Positions 48,108 through 61,838 of a stretch of 64,000 nt of DNA are shown here, one piece after another (the first letter of the stretch is position 1; every line of letters begins with the position of its first letter). This DNA is from Eledone cirrhosa (taxonomy: Eukaryota), in NCBI GenBank assembly GCA_964016885.1, contig OZ024741.1, positions 397,544,001 through 397,608,000 of the forward strand. The letters are read 5' to 3'. Made by a program: the position numbers and the translations under genes. Below the pieces are notes generated by a model. That model was given only the letters and a program-made list of their open reading frames with translations, did no database searches and had not been told where the DNA came from.

Positions 48108-51100
48108 TTGTTGTTAGTAATGTTATTGTTGGTGGTTATTGAATGTGTTGTTAGGTGGACGGTGTTATTGTTATTGTTGTTAGTTGCGTGGTATTGTTGT
48201 TGTTGTAGTTGTTAGTTGCGTGGTATTGTTGTTGTTGTAGTTAGTTGCGTGGTATTGTTGTTGTTGTTGTTAGTTGCGTGGTATTGTTGTTGTTGTAGTT
48301 GTTAGTTGCGTGGTATTGTTGTTGTTGTAGTTAGTTGCGTGGTATTGTTGTTGTTGTAGTTAGTTGCGTGGTATTGTTGTTGTTGTTGTTGTTAGTTGCG
48401 TGGTATTGTTGTTGTTGTAGTTAGTTGCGTGGTATTGTTGTTGTTGTTGTTGTTAGTTGCGTGGTATTGTTGTTGTTGTTGTTGTTAGTTGCGTGGTATT
48501 GTTGTTGTTGTAGTTAGTTGCGTGGTATTGTTGTTGTTGTTGTTGTTAGTTGCGTGGTATTGTTGTTGTTGTAGTTAGTTGCGTGGTATTGTTGTTGTTG
48601 TAGTTAGTTGTGTGGTATTGTTGTTGTTGTAGTTAGTTGTGTGGTATTGTTGTTGTTGTTGTAGTTAGTTGCGTGGTATTGTTGTTGTTGTAGTTAGTTG
48701 TGTGGTATTGTTGTTGTTGTAGTTAGTTGTGTGGTATTGTTGTTGTTGTTGTTAGTTGCGTGGTATGGTTGTTGTTGTTAGTTGTGTGGTATTGTTGTTG
48801 TAGTTAGTTGCGTGGTATTGTTGTTGTTGTAGTTAGTTGTGTGGTATTGTTGTTGTTGTAGTTAGTTGTGTGGTATTGTTGTTGTTGTTGTAGTTAGTTG
48901 CGTGGTATTGTTGTTGTTGTTGTTGTTAGTTGCGTGGTATTGTTATTGTTGTTGTAGTTAGTTGTGTGGTATTGTTGTTGTTGTTGTTAGTTGTTAGTTG
49001 TGTGGTATTGTTGTTGTTGTAGTTAGTTGTGTGGTATTGTTGTTGTTGTAGTTAGTTGTGTGGTATTGTTATTGTTGTAGTTAGTTGTGTGGTATTGTTG
49101 TTGTTGTAGTTGTTAGTTGCGTGGTATTGTTGTTGTTGTAGTTAGTTGCGTGGTATTGTTGTTGTTGTTGTTAGTTGCGTGGTATTGTTGTTGTTGTAGT
49201 TGTTAGTTGCGTGGTATTGTTGTTGTTGTAGTTAGTTGCGTGGTATTGTTGTTGTTGTAGTTAGTTGCGTGGTATTGTTGTTGTTGTTGTTGTTAGTTGC
49301 GTGGTATTGTTGTTGTTGTAGTTAGTTGCGTGGTATTGTTGTTGTTGTAGTTAGTTGCGTGGTATTGTTGTTGTTGTTGTTGTTAGTTGCGTGGTATTGT
49401 TGTTGTTGTAGTTAGTTGCGTGGTATTGTTGTTGTTGTTGTTGTTAGTTGCGTGGTATTGTTGTTGTTGTTGTTGTTAGTTGCGTGGTATTGTTGTTGTT
49501 GTAGTTAGTTGCGTGGTATTGTTGTTGTTGTTGTTGTTAGTTGCGTGGTATTGTTGTTGTTGTAGTTAGTTGCGTGGTATTGTTGTTGTTGTTGTTAGTT
49601 GTGTGGTATTGTTGTTGTTGTAGTTAGTTGTGTGGTATTGTTGTTGTTGTTGTAGTTAGTTGCGTGGTATTGTTGTTGTTGTAGTTAGTTGTGTGGTATT
49701 GTTGTTGTTGTAGTTAGTTGTGTGGTATTGTTGTTGTTGTTGTTAGTTGCGTGGTATGGTTGTTGTTGTTAGTTGTGTGGTATTGTTGTTGTTGTAGTTA
49801 GTTGTGTGGTATTGTTGTTGTTGTTGTAGTTAGTTGCGTGGTATTGTTGTTGTTGTTGTTGTTAGTTGCGTGGTATTGTTATTGTTGTTGTAGTTAGTTG
49901 TGTGGTATTGTTGTTGTTGTAGTTAGTTGCGTGGTATTGTTGTTGTTGTAGTTAGTTGTGTGGTATTGTTGTTGTTGTAGTTAGTTGTGTGGTATTGTTG
50001 TTGTTGTTGTAGTTAGTTGCGTGGTATTGTTGTTGTTGTTGTTGTTAGTTGCGTGGTATTGTTATTGTTGTTGTAGTTAGTTGTGTGGTATTGTTGTTGT
50101 TGTTGTTAGTTGTTAGTTGTGTGGTATTGTTGTTGTTGTAGTTAGTTGTGTGGTATTGTTGTTGTTGTAGTTAGTTGTGTGGTATTGTTATTGTTGTAGT
50201 TAGTTGTGTGGTATTGTTGTTGTTGTAGTTAGTTGCGTGGTATTGTTGTTATTGTTGTAGTTAGTTGTGTGGTATTGTTGTTGTTGTAGTTAGTTGTGTG
50301 GTATTGTTGTTGTTGTAGTTAGTTGTGTGGTGTTGTTGTTGTTGTAGTTAGTTGTGTGGTATTGTTGTTGTTGTTGTAGTTAGTTGTGTGGTATTGTTGT
50401 TGTTGTAGTTAGTTGTGTGGTATTGTTGTTGTTGTAGTTAGTTGCGTGGTATTGTTATTGTTGTAGTTAGTTGTGTGGTGTTGTTGTTGTTGTAGTTAGT
50501 TGTGTGGTATTGTTGTTGTTGTTGTAGTTAGTTGTGTGGTGTTGTTGTTGTTGTAGTTAGTTGTGTGGTATTGTTGTTGTTGTTGTAGTTAGTTGTGTGG
50601 TATTGTTGTTGTTGTAGTTAGTTGTGTGGTATTGTTGTTGTTGTAGTTAGTTGTGTGGTATTGTTGTTGTAGTTAGTTGTGTGGTATTGTTGTTGTTGTT
50701 GTTGTAGTTAGTTGTGTGGTATTGTTATTGTTGTAGTTAGTTGTGTGGTATTGTTATTGTTGTAGTTAGTTGTGTGGTATTGTTGTTGTTGTAGTTAGTT
50801 GCGTGGTATTGTTATTGTTGTAGTTAGTTGTGTGGTATTGTTGTTGTTGTAGTTAGTTGTGTGGTATTGTTGTTGTTGTAGTTAGTTGTGTGGTATTGTT
50901 GTTGTTGTTGTTAGTTGTGTGGTATTGTTGTTGTTGTTGTTGTTAGTTGCGTGGTGTTGTTGTTAGTTGCGTGGTATTGTTGTTGTTGTAGTTAGTTGCG
51001 TGGTATTGTTGTTGTAGTTAGTTGTGTGGTATTGTTGTTGTTGTTAGTTGCGTGGTATTGTTGTTGTTGTTGTTGTTGTTGTTAGTTGCGTGGTATTGTT

Positions 51101-51502
51101 GTTGTAGTTGTTGTTAGTTGCGTGGTATTGTTGTTGTTGTATGTATGGTTGTGTTGTTGTTGTTGTTGTATGTATGGTTGTGTTGCCGTTGTATGTATGG
51201 TTGTGTTGGTGTTGTTGTTGTATGTATGGTTGGTGTTTGTATGGTTGTGTTGTTGTTGTTGTTGTTGTATGTATGGTTGTGTTGGTGTTGTTGTTGTATG
51301 TATGGTTGGTGTTGTATGTATGGTTGTGTTGTTGTTGTTGTTGTATGTATGGTTGTGTTGGTGTTGTTGTTGTATGTATGGTTGTGTTGTTGTATGTATG
51401 GTTGTGTTGTCGCTGTATGTATGGTTGTGTTGGTGTTGTTGTTGTATGTATGGTTGGTGTTGTTGTTGTTGTTGTATGTATGGTTGTGTTGGTGTTGTTG
51501 TT
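48108..51502. repeat. (GTT)n-based satellite, unit GTTAGTTGYGTGGTATT(GTT)n, ending in GTATGTATGGTT variants
   Basis: Direct reading. Confidence 0.95.
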
Positions 51503-51837
51503 TGACAGTTTTTATGGACCGAAGGAGATAAAGTGAAAAATGTTCAAGTGTGACAGGAAAGAGACACAACTTGATATACAGTCTTGGGAGATAGTTTACA
51601 TTGTGTGTGTGTGTGTGTGTGTAATCTAGGGAGAAAGCTGGCTCTGTGTGTATGTGTGTGTTGAACGTGTATGTGTGTTAAATATGTGTGTGTATTGAAT
51701 ACGTGTGGGTAAAATAAGTGTGTATATTGAAAACGTGTGTATTAAATGTGTGTGCGTATTGAATACGTGTGTGTTAAATGTGTGTGTGTGTGTGTTTTAG
51801 TGATAGAATGATATCAATTGTTGTATTTTGTATAGAC

Positions 51838-54212
51838 TGTTGTGTTGTGTTGTATGGTTAAATGTAGTGTAGTGTTGTGTTGTAAGGTTAAACGTAGTGT
51901 TGTGTTGTGTTGTATGGTTAAATGTAGTGTAGTGTTGTGTTGTATGGTTAAATGTAGTGTAGTGTTGTGTTGTATGGTTAAATGTAGTGTAGTGTTGTGT
52001 TGTATGATTAAACGTAGTGTAGTGTTGTGTTGTATGGTTAAATGTAGTGTAGTGTTGTGTTGTATGGTTAAATGTAGTGTAGTGTTGTGTTGTATGATTA
52101 AACGTAGTGTAGTGTTGTGTTGTATGGTTAAATGTAGTGTAGTGTTGTGTTGTATGGTTAAATGTAGTGTAGTGTTGTGTTGTATGGTTAAATGTAGTGT
52201 AGTGTTGTGTTGTATGGTTAAATGTAGTGTAGTGTTGTGTTGTATGGTTAAACGTAGTGTAGTGTTGTGTTGTATGGTTAAATGTAGTGTAGTGTTGTGT
52301 TGTATGGTTAAATGTAGTGTAGTGTTGTGTTGTATGGTTAAACGTAGTGTAGTGTTGTGTTGTAAGGTTAAATGTAGTGTAGTGTTGTGTTGTATGGTTA
52401 AATGTAGTGTAGTGTTGTGTTGTATGGTTAAATGTAGTGTAGTGTTGTGTTGTATGGTTAAACGTAGTGTAGTGTTGTGTTGTATGGTTAAATGTAGTGT
52501 TGTGTTGTATGGTTAAATGTAGTGTAGTGTTGTGTTGTAGGGTTAAATGTAGTGTTGTGTTGTGTTGTATGGTTAAATGTAGTGTAGTTTTGTGTTGTAT
52601 GGTTAAACGTAGTGTAGTGTTGTGTTGTATGGTTAAATGTAGTGTTGTGTTGTGTTGTATAGTTAAACGTAGTGTAGTGTTGTGTTGTATGGTTAAATGT
52701 AGTGTAGTGTTGTGTTGTATGGTTAAACGTAGTGTAGTGTTGTGTTGTATGGTTAAATGTAGTGTTGTGCTGTATGGTTAAACGTAGTGTAGTGTTGTGT
52801 TGTATGGTTAAACGTAGTGTAGTGTTGTGTTGTATGGTTAAATGTAGTGTTGTGTTGTATGGTTAAACGTAGTGTAGTGTTGTGTTGTATGGTTAAATGT
52901 AGTGTTGTGTTGTATGGTTAAATGTAGTGTAGTGTTGTGTTGTATGGTTAAATGTAGTGTTGTGTTGTATGGTTAAATGTAGTGTAGTGTTGTGTTGTAT
53001 GGTTAAATGTAGTGTTGTGTTGTATGGTTAAATGTAGTGTAGTGTTGTGTTGTATGGTTAAACGTAGTGTTGTATTGTGTTGTATGGTTAAATGTAGTGT
53101 AGTGTTGTGTTGTATGGTTAAATGTAGTGTAGTGTTGTGTCATATGGTTAAACGTAGTGTTGTGTTGTGTTGTATGGTTAAATGTAGTGTAGTGTTGTGT
53201 TGTATGGTTAAATGTAGTGTAGTGTTGTGTTGTAGGGTTAAATGTAGTGTTGTGTTGTATGGTTAAATGTAGTGTAGTGTTGTGTTGTATGGTTAAACGT
53301 AGTGTTGTGTTGTGTTGTATGGTTAAATGTAGTGTAGTGTTGTGTTGTATGGTTAAACGTAGTGTTGTGTTGTATGGTTAAATGTAGTGTTGTGTTGTAT
53401 GGTTAAATGTAGTGTAGTGTTGTGTTGTATGGTTAAACGTAGTGTAGTGTTGTGTCGTATGGTTAAATGTAGTGTAGTGTTGTGTTGTAAGGTTAAACGT
53501 AGTGTAGTGTTGTGTTGTATGGTTAAATGTAGTGTTGTGTTGTGTTGTATGGTTAAATGTAGTGTAGTGTTGTGTTGTATGGTTAAATGTAGTGTAGTGT
53601 TGTGTTGTATGGTTAAATGTAGTGTTGTGTTGTGTTGTATGGTTAAATGTAGTGTAGTGTTGTGTTGTATGGTTAAATGTAGTGTCGTGTTGTATGGTTA
53701 AATGTAGTGTCGTGTTGTATGGTTAAATGTAGTGTCGTGTTGTATGGTTAAATGTAGTGTTGTGTTGTGTTGTATGGTTAAATGTAGTGTTGTGTTGTGT
53801 TGTATGGTTAAACGTAGTGTACTGTTGTGTTGTGTGGTTAAATGTAATGTAGTGTTGTGTTATGTTGTGTTGTGCTGTGTTGTGTTGTATTGTGTTGTGT
53901 TGTTGTGTTGTGTTGTGTTGTGTTGTGTTGTTGTGTTGTGTTGTGTTGTGTTGTGTTGTGTTGTGTTGTTGTGTTGTGTTGTGTTGTGTTGTGTTGTGTT
54001 GTGTTGTGTTGTGTTGTGTTGTGTTGTGTTGTGTTGTGTTGTGTTGTGTTGTGTTGTGTTGTGTTGTGTTGTTGTGTTGTGTTGTGTTGTGTTGTGTTGT
54101 GTTGTGTTGTTGTGTTGTGTTGTGTTGTGTTGTGTTGTGTTGTTGTGTTGTGTTGTGTTGTGTTGTGTTGTGTTGTGTTGTGTTGTGTTGTGTTGTGTTG
54201 TGTTGTGTTGTG
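51838..54212. repeat. 30-bp satellite GTGTTGTGTTGTATGGTTAAAYGTAGTGTA grading into (GTGTT)n
   Basis: Direct reading. Confidence 0.97.
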
Positions 54213-54827
54213 TAATCCCGGATGAAACCCGTTCAAGCAGACAGACCGATAATCAGGGATATTTCAGTTGTGACCATTCCATCGTTATACATGCCTTGTG
54301 TACTTTGGACTACATTATCCAATGTCTCATTTTTTTAAAGACGGTTTGTTGTGATTTGAAAGAGAGTTGACTACTATTTCTAGCAGGCTGAGTGGGCACG
54401 TTGAGGCTCCCTCGTTAGCACGTGTAATGTTGTATAGTGTAGTGGTGTATAGAATGTTTAGTGTAGTGGTGTGTAGAGTGTTGTACAGTGTAGTACATTA
54501 AGTTAGTGTTGTTGTTTAACTCTTGATTGGGCAGACCTATATCATACGGCTTCCCAACCATGCCCATCTCGTCATTTTAGAAGTGAGACATAGAACTGCA
54601 TCAAATCTTTCCTTTCCTTAGAAGCCCCCCAACATGTGGTTTAGTGTAGAATTATGACCATGTAGTGTAGTGTAGTGTATTATTATCACCATGTAGTGTG
54701 TTATTATCACCATGTAGTGTATCAGTTGGAGTAATTCCAATATTTCTAGATTTACTGTTTGGTACCATACCAGTGTACTTCCTCAGTTTGGCAACACAAA
54801 GGGCTAGGATTGCCTGACAACTGTACA

Positions 54828-57525
54828 TGTTGTTGTTGTTGTTGTTGTTGTTGTGGTTGTGGTGGTGTGTAGTTGTTGTTGTTGCAGTGGTAATGATAGG
54901 AGGTGCAGTTGTTGTGGTGGTGGTGGTGGTGGTGGTGGTGTAGTTGTTTTAGCTGTTATTGTGGTGGAGGTGAAGTTGGTGTTGTAGTGGTGGAGGTGTA
55001 GTTGTTGTTGTAGTGGTGGTGGTGGAGGTGTAGTTGTTGTAGTGGTGGTGGTGGTGGTGGTGTAGGTGTTGTAGTGGTGGTGGTGGAGGTGTAGTTGTTG
55101 TTGTAGTGGTGGTGGTGGAGGTGTAGTTGTTGTTGTAGTGGTGGTGGTGGAGGTGTTGTTGTTGTTGTAGTGGTGGTGGTGGTGTAGTTGTTGTGGTGGT
55201 GGTGGAGGTGTAGTTGTTGTTGTAGTGGTGGTGGTGGAGGTGTAGTTGTTGTAGTGGTGGTGGTGGTGGTGTAGTTGTTGTGGTAGTGGTGGTGAGGTGT
55301 AGTTGTTGTGGTGGTGGAGGTGTAGTTGTTGTGGTGATGGTGGTGTAGTTGTTGTTGTGGTGGTGGTGGTGGAGGTGTAGTTGTTGTTGTAGTGGTGGTG
55401 GTGGAGGTGTCGTTGATGTTGTGGTGGTGGAGATGTAGTTGTAGTGGTGGTGTAGTTGTTGTGGTGGTGGAGGTGTAGTTGTTGTTGTTGTGGTGGTGGT
55501 GGTGGAGGTGTAGTTGTTGTGGTGGTGGTGGTGGAGGTGTAGTTGTTGTTGTTGTGGTGGTGGTGGTGGAGGTGGAGTTGTTGTGGTGGTGGTGGAGGTG
55601 TAGTTGTTGTGGTGGTGGTGGTGGTGGTGGTGTAGTTGTTGTTGTAGTGGTGGTGGTGGAGGTGTAGTTGTTGTTGTGGTGGAGGTGTAGTTGTTGTTGT
55701 GGTGGTGGTGGAGGTGTAGTTGTTGTTGTGGTGGTGGTGGTGGAGGTGTAGTTGTTGTAGTGGTGGTGGTGGTGGTGTAGTTGTTGTAGTGGTGGTGGAG
55801 GTGTAGTTGTTGTTGTTGTGGTGGTGGTGGTGGAGGTGTAGTTGTTGTAGTGGTGGTGGTGGTGGTGTAGTTGTTGTAGTGGTGGTGGTGGTGGTGTAGT
55901 TGTTGTAGTGGTGGTGGTGGTGGTGTAGTTGTTGTAGTGGTGGTGGTGGTGGTGTAGTTGTTGTAGTGGTGGTGGTGGTGGTGTAGTTGTTGTTGTGGTG
56001 GTGGAGGTGTAGTTGTTGTTGTGGTCGTGGTGGTGGTGTAGTTGTTGTAGTGGTGGTGGTGGTGGTGGTGTAGTTGTTGTAGTGGTGGTGGTGGAGGTGT
56101 AGTTGTTGTAGTGGTGGTGGTGGTGGTGTAGTTGTTGTAGTGGTGGTGGTGGTGGTGTAGTTGTTGTTGTGGTGGTGGAGGTGTAGTTGTTGTTGTGGTG
56201 GTGGTGGTGGTGGAGGTGTAGTTGTTGTAGTGGTGGTGGTGGTGTAGTTGTTGTGGTGGTGGTGGAGGTGTAGTTGTTGTTGTTGTGGAGGTGGTGGTGG
56301 AGGTGTAGTTGTTGTTGTTGTGGTGGTGGTGGTGTAGTTGTTGTGGTGGTGGTGGTGGAGGTGTAGTTGTTGTAGTGGTGGTGGTGGAGGTGTAGTTGTT
56401 GTTGTGGTGGTGGAGGTGTAGTTGTTGTGGTGGTGGTGGAGGTGTAGTTGTTGTGGTGGTGGTGGTGGAGGTGTAGTTGTTGTTGTGGTGGTGGAGGTGT
56501 AGTTGTTGTTGTGGTGGTGGTGGAGGTGTAGTTGTTGTTGTGGTGGTGGTGGAGGTGTAGTTGTTGTTGTGGTGGTGGTGGTGGTGGTGTAGTTGTTGCT
56601 GTAGTGGTGGTGGTGGTGTAGTTGTTGTTGTGGTGGTGGTGGTGGTGGTGTAGTTGTTGTAGTGGTGGTGGTGGAGGTGTAGTTGTTGTTGTGGTGGTGG
56701 TGGTGGTGGTGGTGTAGTTGTTGTGGTGGTGGTGGAGGTGTAGTTGTTGTTGTGGTGGTGGAGGTGTAGTTGTTGTAGTGGTGGTGGTGGTGTAGTTGTA
56801 GTGGTGGTATAGTTGTTGTAGTGGTGGTGGTGGAGGTGTAGTTGTTGTTGTGGTGGTGGAGGTGTAGTTGTTGTTGTGGTGGTGGTGTAGTTGTTGTTGT
56901 GGTGGTGGTGGTGGAGGTGTAGTTGTTGTTGGTGGTGGTGGTGGTGGTGGAGGTGTAGTTGTTGTTGGTGGAGGTGTAGTTGTTGTTGGTGGTGGTGGTG
57001 GTGGAGGTGTAGTTGTTGTTGTGGTGGTGGTGGTGGAGGTGTAGTTGTTGTTGGTGGTGGTGGTGGAGGTGTAGTTGTTGTTGGTGGTGGTGGTGGTGGA
57101 GGTGTAGTTGTTGTTGGTGGTGGTGGTGGTGGAGGTGTAGTTGTTGTTGTTGTTGTGGTGGTGGTGGTGGTGGTGGAGGTGTAGTTGTTGTGGTGGTGGT
57201 GGTGGTGGAGGTGTAGTTGTTGTTGTGGTGGTGGTGGTGGTGGAGGTGTAGTTGTGGTGGTGGTGGTGGAGGTGTAGTTGTTGTTGTGGTGGTGGTGGTG
57301 GTGGTGGAGGTGTAGTTGTTGTTGTGGTGGTGGTGGTGGTGGAGGTGTAGTTGTTGTGGTGGTGGTGGTGGAGGTGTAGTTGTTGTTGTGGTGGTGGTGG
57401 TATAGTTGTTGTAGTGGTGGTGGTGCTGGTGTAGTTGTTGTAGTGGTAGTGGTGGTGGTGGTATAGTTGTTGTAGTGGTGGTGGTGCTGGTGTAGTTGTT
57501 ATAGCTATTATTATGGTGATGATGA
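54828..57525. repeat. Compound (GGT)n-GGAGGTGTA-(GTT)n satellite
   Basis: Direct reading. Confidence 0.95.
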
Positions 57526-57616
57526 TGCTACAAGTTATGCTACAACCACATCCCACCTTAATTAGGTTCACATTCCAACAGGTCTACCAACATGTAACCA
57601 GTATTGTGTACACTGA

Positions 57617-59300
57617 GTGTGTATATATATTGTAGATGTGTGTATATATTGTAGATGTGTGTGTGTGTATATATTGTAGATGTGTGAGTATATATTGTAG
57701 ATGTGTGTGTATATATTGTAGATGTGTGTATATATATATTGTAGATGTGTGTGTATATATTGTAGATGTGTGTGTATATATTGTAGATGTGTGTATATAT
57801 TGTAGATGTGTGAGTATATATTGTAGATGTGTGTATATATATTGTAGATGTGTGTATATATATTGTAGATGTGTGTATATATATTGTAGATGTGTGTATA
57901 TATATTGTAGATGTGTGTATATATATTGTAGATGTGTGCATATATATTGTAGATGTGTGTATATAACTATTGTAGATGTGTATATATATAACTATAGATG
58001 TATGTATATATCTATTGTAGATATATGTATATATCTATTGTAGATGTATGTATATATATTGTAGATGTATGTATATAACTATAGTAGATGTATGTATATA
58101 ACAATTGTAGATGTATATATATATATATTGTAGATGTGTGTATATATCTATTGTAGATGTGTGTATATATATATATTGTAGATGTATATATATATCTATT
58201 GTAGATGTATATATACAACTATTGTAGATGTATGTATATATCTATTGTAGATGTGTGTATATAACTATTGTAGATGTGTGTATATATCTATTGTAGATGT
58301 ATGTGTATAACTATTGTAGATGTGTGTATATAACTATTGTAGATGTGTGTGTATATATCTATTGTAGATGTATGTGTATAACTATTGTAGATGTATGTAT
58401 ATATCTATTGTAGATGTGTGTATATAACTATTGTAGATGTGTGTATATAACTATTGTAGATGTATGTATATAACTATTGTAGATGTATGTATATAACTAT
58501 TGTAGATGTATGTGTATAACTATTGTAGATGTGTGTATATAACTATTGTAGATGTGTGTATATATCTATTGTAGATGTGTGTATATACATATTGTAGATG
58601 TGTGTAGATGTATGTATATAACTATTGTAGATGTGTGTATATAACTATTGTAGATGTGTGTATATAACTATTGTAGATGTATGTATATAACTATTGTAGA
58701 TGTATGTATATAACTATTGTAGATGTGTGTATATATATATTGAAGATGTGTGTATATATCTATTGTAGATGTGTGTATATAACTATTGTAGATGTGTGTA
58801 TATACATATTGTAGATGTGTGTAGATGTATGTATATAACTATTGTAGATGTATGTATATAACTATTGTAGATGTGTGTATATATCTATTGAAGATGTGTG
58901 TATATATCTATTGTAGATGTGTGTATATAACTATTGTAGATGTGTGTATATATCTATTGTAGATGTGTGTATATAACTATTGTAGATGTGTGTATATAAC
59001 TATTGTAGATGTGTCTATATAACTATTGTAGATGTGTGTATATATCTATTGTAGATGTGTGTATATAACTATTGTAGATGTGTGTATATATCTATTGTAG
59101 ATGTGTGTATATATCTATTGTAGATGTGTGTATATATCTATTGTAGATGTGTGTATATAACTATTGTAGATGTGTGTATATAACTATTGTAGATGTATGT
59201 ATATATCTATTGTAGATGTGTGTATATAACTATTGTAGATGTGTGTATATAACTATTGTAGATGTGTGTATATATCTATTGTAGATGTGTGTATATATCA
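57617..59300. repeat. ~22-bp satellite TATTGTAGATGTRTGTATATAWC
   Basis: Direct reading. Confidence 0.95.
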
Positions 59301-59351
59301 TACATCTATTGTTTTCTAATGTGCATGTATCATATGTCTACTGTATTATAT

Positions 59352-59390
<39 letters not shown>

Positions 59391-59429
59391 ACACATATAT
59401 GTATATATATAACACATATATATATATAA

Positions 59430-59835
59430 CCAAAAGTTAAACAAGGTTCATTGATTAAGCAATGAATATAGTTTTACAATAGATTAGAAATTAGAAGCAT
59501 TCAACAATGGAAGTTTTCTGGAGTTAATATTAATTCAAAATATAAATAAATGGAGACATTCACGTACTCAAAATATGTTTTATATATATTTCAGAGGTAC
59601 TGTGGTGTTTTTTCAAATATAATATATAAATTGATGTGACATACCTCAACTGTGCTGATGGTTCAATTCCAGTCTTGGCAGAACTGGAATTGAACCTTCA
59701 GCACAGTTGAGGTATGTCATACATCAATTTATATATTTTATCTGATGAGGACGTACTGAAAAAAACACCACAGTACGTCTGAAATATTTATGAAAACATA
59801 TATTTTGAGTACGTGAATGTCTCCATTTATTAATA
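59430..59835 (+). mobile_element. Mini Penelope-like snap-back element (foldback 59545-59831)
   Basis: Arms complementary around loop 59674-59682; ends CCATTTATTAATA like the pLTR ends at ~14076 and ~62778. Confidence 0.75.
59731..59803 (+). ncRNA. Hammerhead ribozyme motif, degenerate at the cleavage site
   Basis: CTGATGA-GGACGTACTG..CAGTACGTCT-GAAA (10-bp stem II); this arm reads TATTTA-TG while the other arm keeps TATATA-TA. Confidence 0.65.
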
Positions 59836-61109
59836 GTGTTGATGAATGGCTTGTGAGGGCTATACAAGCCATGTATAAAGAAACAGTCAGCAAGGTTAGA
59901 ATTAACAACGAATATAGTGAAGAGTTTAGCGTAAAAGTTGGTGTTCATCAGGGCTCCGTCATTAGCCCCTACTATTTATTATTGCCCTTCAGGCTATAAC
60001 AGAAGAGTTCAAGACCGGCTACCCATGGGAACTCCTATATGCAGATGATCTAACGCTCATAGCTGAATCAATGGCCGAACTAGAGAAGAAATTCCAAACA
60101 TGGAAGCATGGCCTAGAATCAAAAAGCATTAAAATTAACCTGTCTAAGACTAAAGTTCTAGTTTGTAGGAAGGAAAATAGGGCTACAGTCCCATCTGGGA
60201 AATGGCCATGCTCAGTGTGTAGGAAAGGAGTAGGCAGAAACTCCATTTTATGTCCCAAATGCAAACTATGGATGCATAAAAGATGTAGTGGGATCACAGG
60301 TAAGCTAACTAAGAATATAGATTTTATATGTGGCCGGTGCTTAGGTGCAATAAGTAGCAGCAAGTGCCCACAGAATACAAGCTCATTCCATTGCACAGAT
60401 GGTTCTATAGAAATAGTGGACACCTTCCGTTACCTGGGTGACAAAATCAGCAGTGGTGGAGGGTGCTCTGAAAGTACAGTAGCTAGAGTCAGCTACGTTG
60501 GTATGATCACGTGATGCGCATGAAAGACAGCAGCTGTATAAAAAAGTGCAGGGCGATAAAAATAGACGGTAGCCACGGAGTAGGCAGACCCAGAAAAACC
60601 TGGGACGACTTGATAAATTCCGACCTCACACACTTACACATCTCCAAGACAATGTCACTGAACCGAGATCTTTGGCACTACACAGTAATACAGAAGACCC
60701 GCCTTGCCTAAGTACAAAGCGAAACCTACAGTCAGTAGGCACCTCTAACAAAAATACACCCCCGTCCCACCACCCCCACCCCATCCACACCACCCCTTTC
60801 GATGTAAAGTTATGTTGGTACCACAACATCCAGACCGAAATAAATGAGGTCGTGTAGGTGTCACGAAAAAAAAAACACACAGTCCATGCTGTAATGTGGC
60901 CGTGTAGGTAACACGGTAAAAACCTCCCAGTCCACACTGTAAACGTGGTTGGTGTTAGGAAGGGCATCCAGCCGTAGAAAACCTGCCAGACAGTCCTATA
61001 CGAGCAAGACAACCAATCTTGCCTCAAGTGGGAAAACTCCCGTCCAAACCCATGCAAGTGTGGAAGATGGACGTTAAACGATGATGATGATGATGATGAT
61101 GATGATGAT
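59836..61109 (+). mobile_element. RTE LINE 3' fragment with an internal deletion and (GAT)n tail
   Basis: VDEWLVRAIQAMY, GVHQGS, LLYADD, PHD-like insert, FRYLG; jumps from TVARV to LRWY.HV at ~60490. Confidence 0.93.
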
Positions 61110-61482
61110 ATAAATACATAATCGGAGAAAGCTAATAGCGATACTCCGGCCAAATTCCAACTCACTCAACAAACAGGAAATAGCTGAGTATATTCCTAAT
61201 TAAACGTTCGGGGTGCTAACTAATTGTATTGTGTGGAAAATTGGCTGTATCATTTCATATGAGATATATCAAATATATCACTTCCCAGACGGACGTCTCG
61301 TTTCACTATAAGATTTCTACAAGTTGGGTGAAATTATACCAAGTTATATAGAAGCTTGTATAAGATCAACAGATACTTATTCAAGTGGGTATATATGTGT
61401 GTGTGTATGTGTCTGTGTGTGTTTGTGTTTGCAGGATATCCTACTACTACTGCTACTACTACTGCTGCTGATTCTGCTGCTG

Positions 61483-61544
<62 letters not shown>

Positions 61545-61644
61545 CACATATGCATGTTTATATGCAGGATATCCGTAGATAAGAAACCAAGGAAAACAAT
61601 GCTCAATCTATTACAAGAGAACTTATTTAGTAAAACTAATGTTC

Positions 61645-61803
61645 CATACACTTAACATATATACTCGAGATTAGCTTTCAGAGTCCAATTATGACCACCA
61701 CTTTATAGTTCAGGAACTGTTTCAATACTGGTCTCTCAGAGGGTACCTGGTGGCCATACCTGGACCCCGGAACTTAAGGTCGTTCATATATGTTAAGTGT
61801 ATG
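61645..61803. repeat. MITE-like segment with perfect 18-bp inverted repeats
   Basis: CATACACTTAACATATAT ... ATATATGTTAAGTGTATG; no clear TSD. Confidence 0.55.
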
Positions 61804-61838
61804 AAATTGTAATTATACTTCGCTCGTATAGGACTATC

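Noticed and set aside
48108-51130. Interstitial telomeric repeat
   Set aside because: Unit has TTAGTT within (GTT)n, not TTAGGG or TTAGG
51842-54370. Cys/Val-rich ORFs
   Set aside because: Translation of 30-bp and (GTGTT)n satellites
54956-57571. 871-aa Thr/Pro/His/Gln ORF resembling a mucin or extensin
   Set aside because: Compound triplet satellite cycling through all three frames; antisense within an intron
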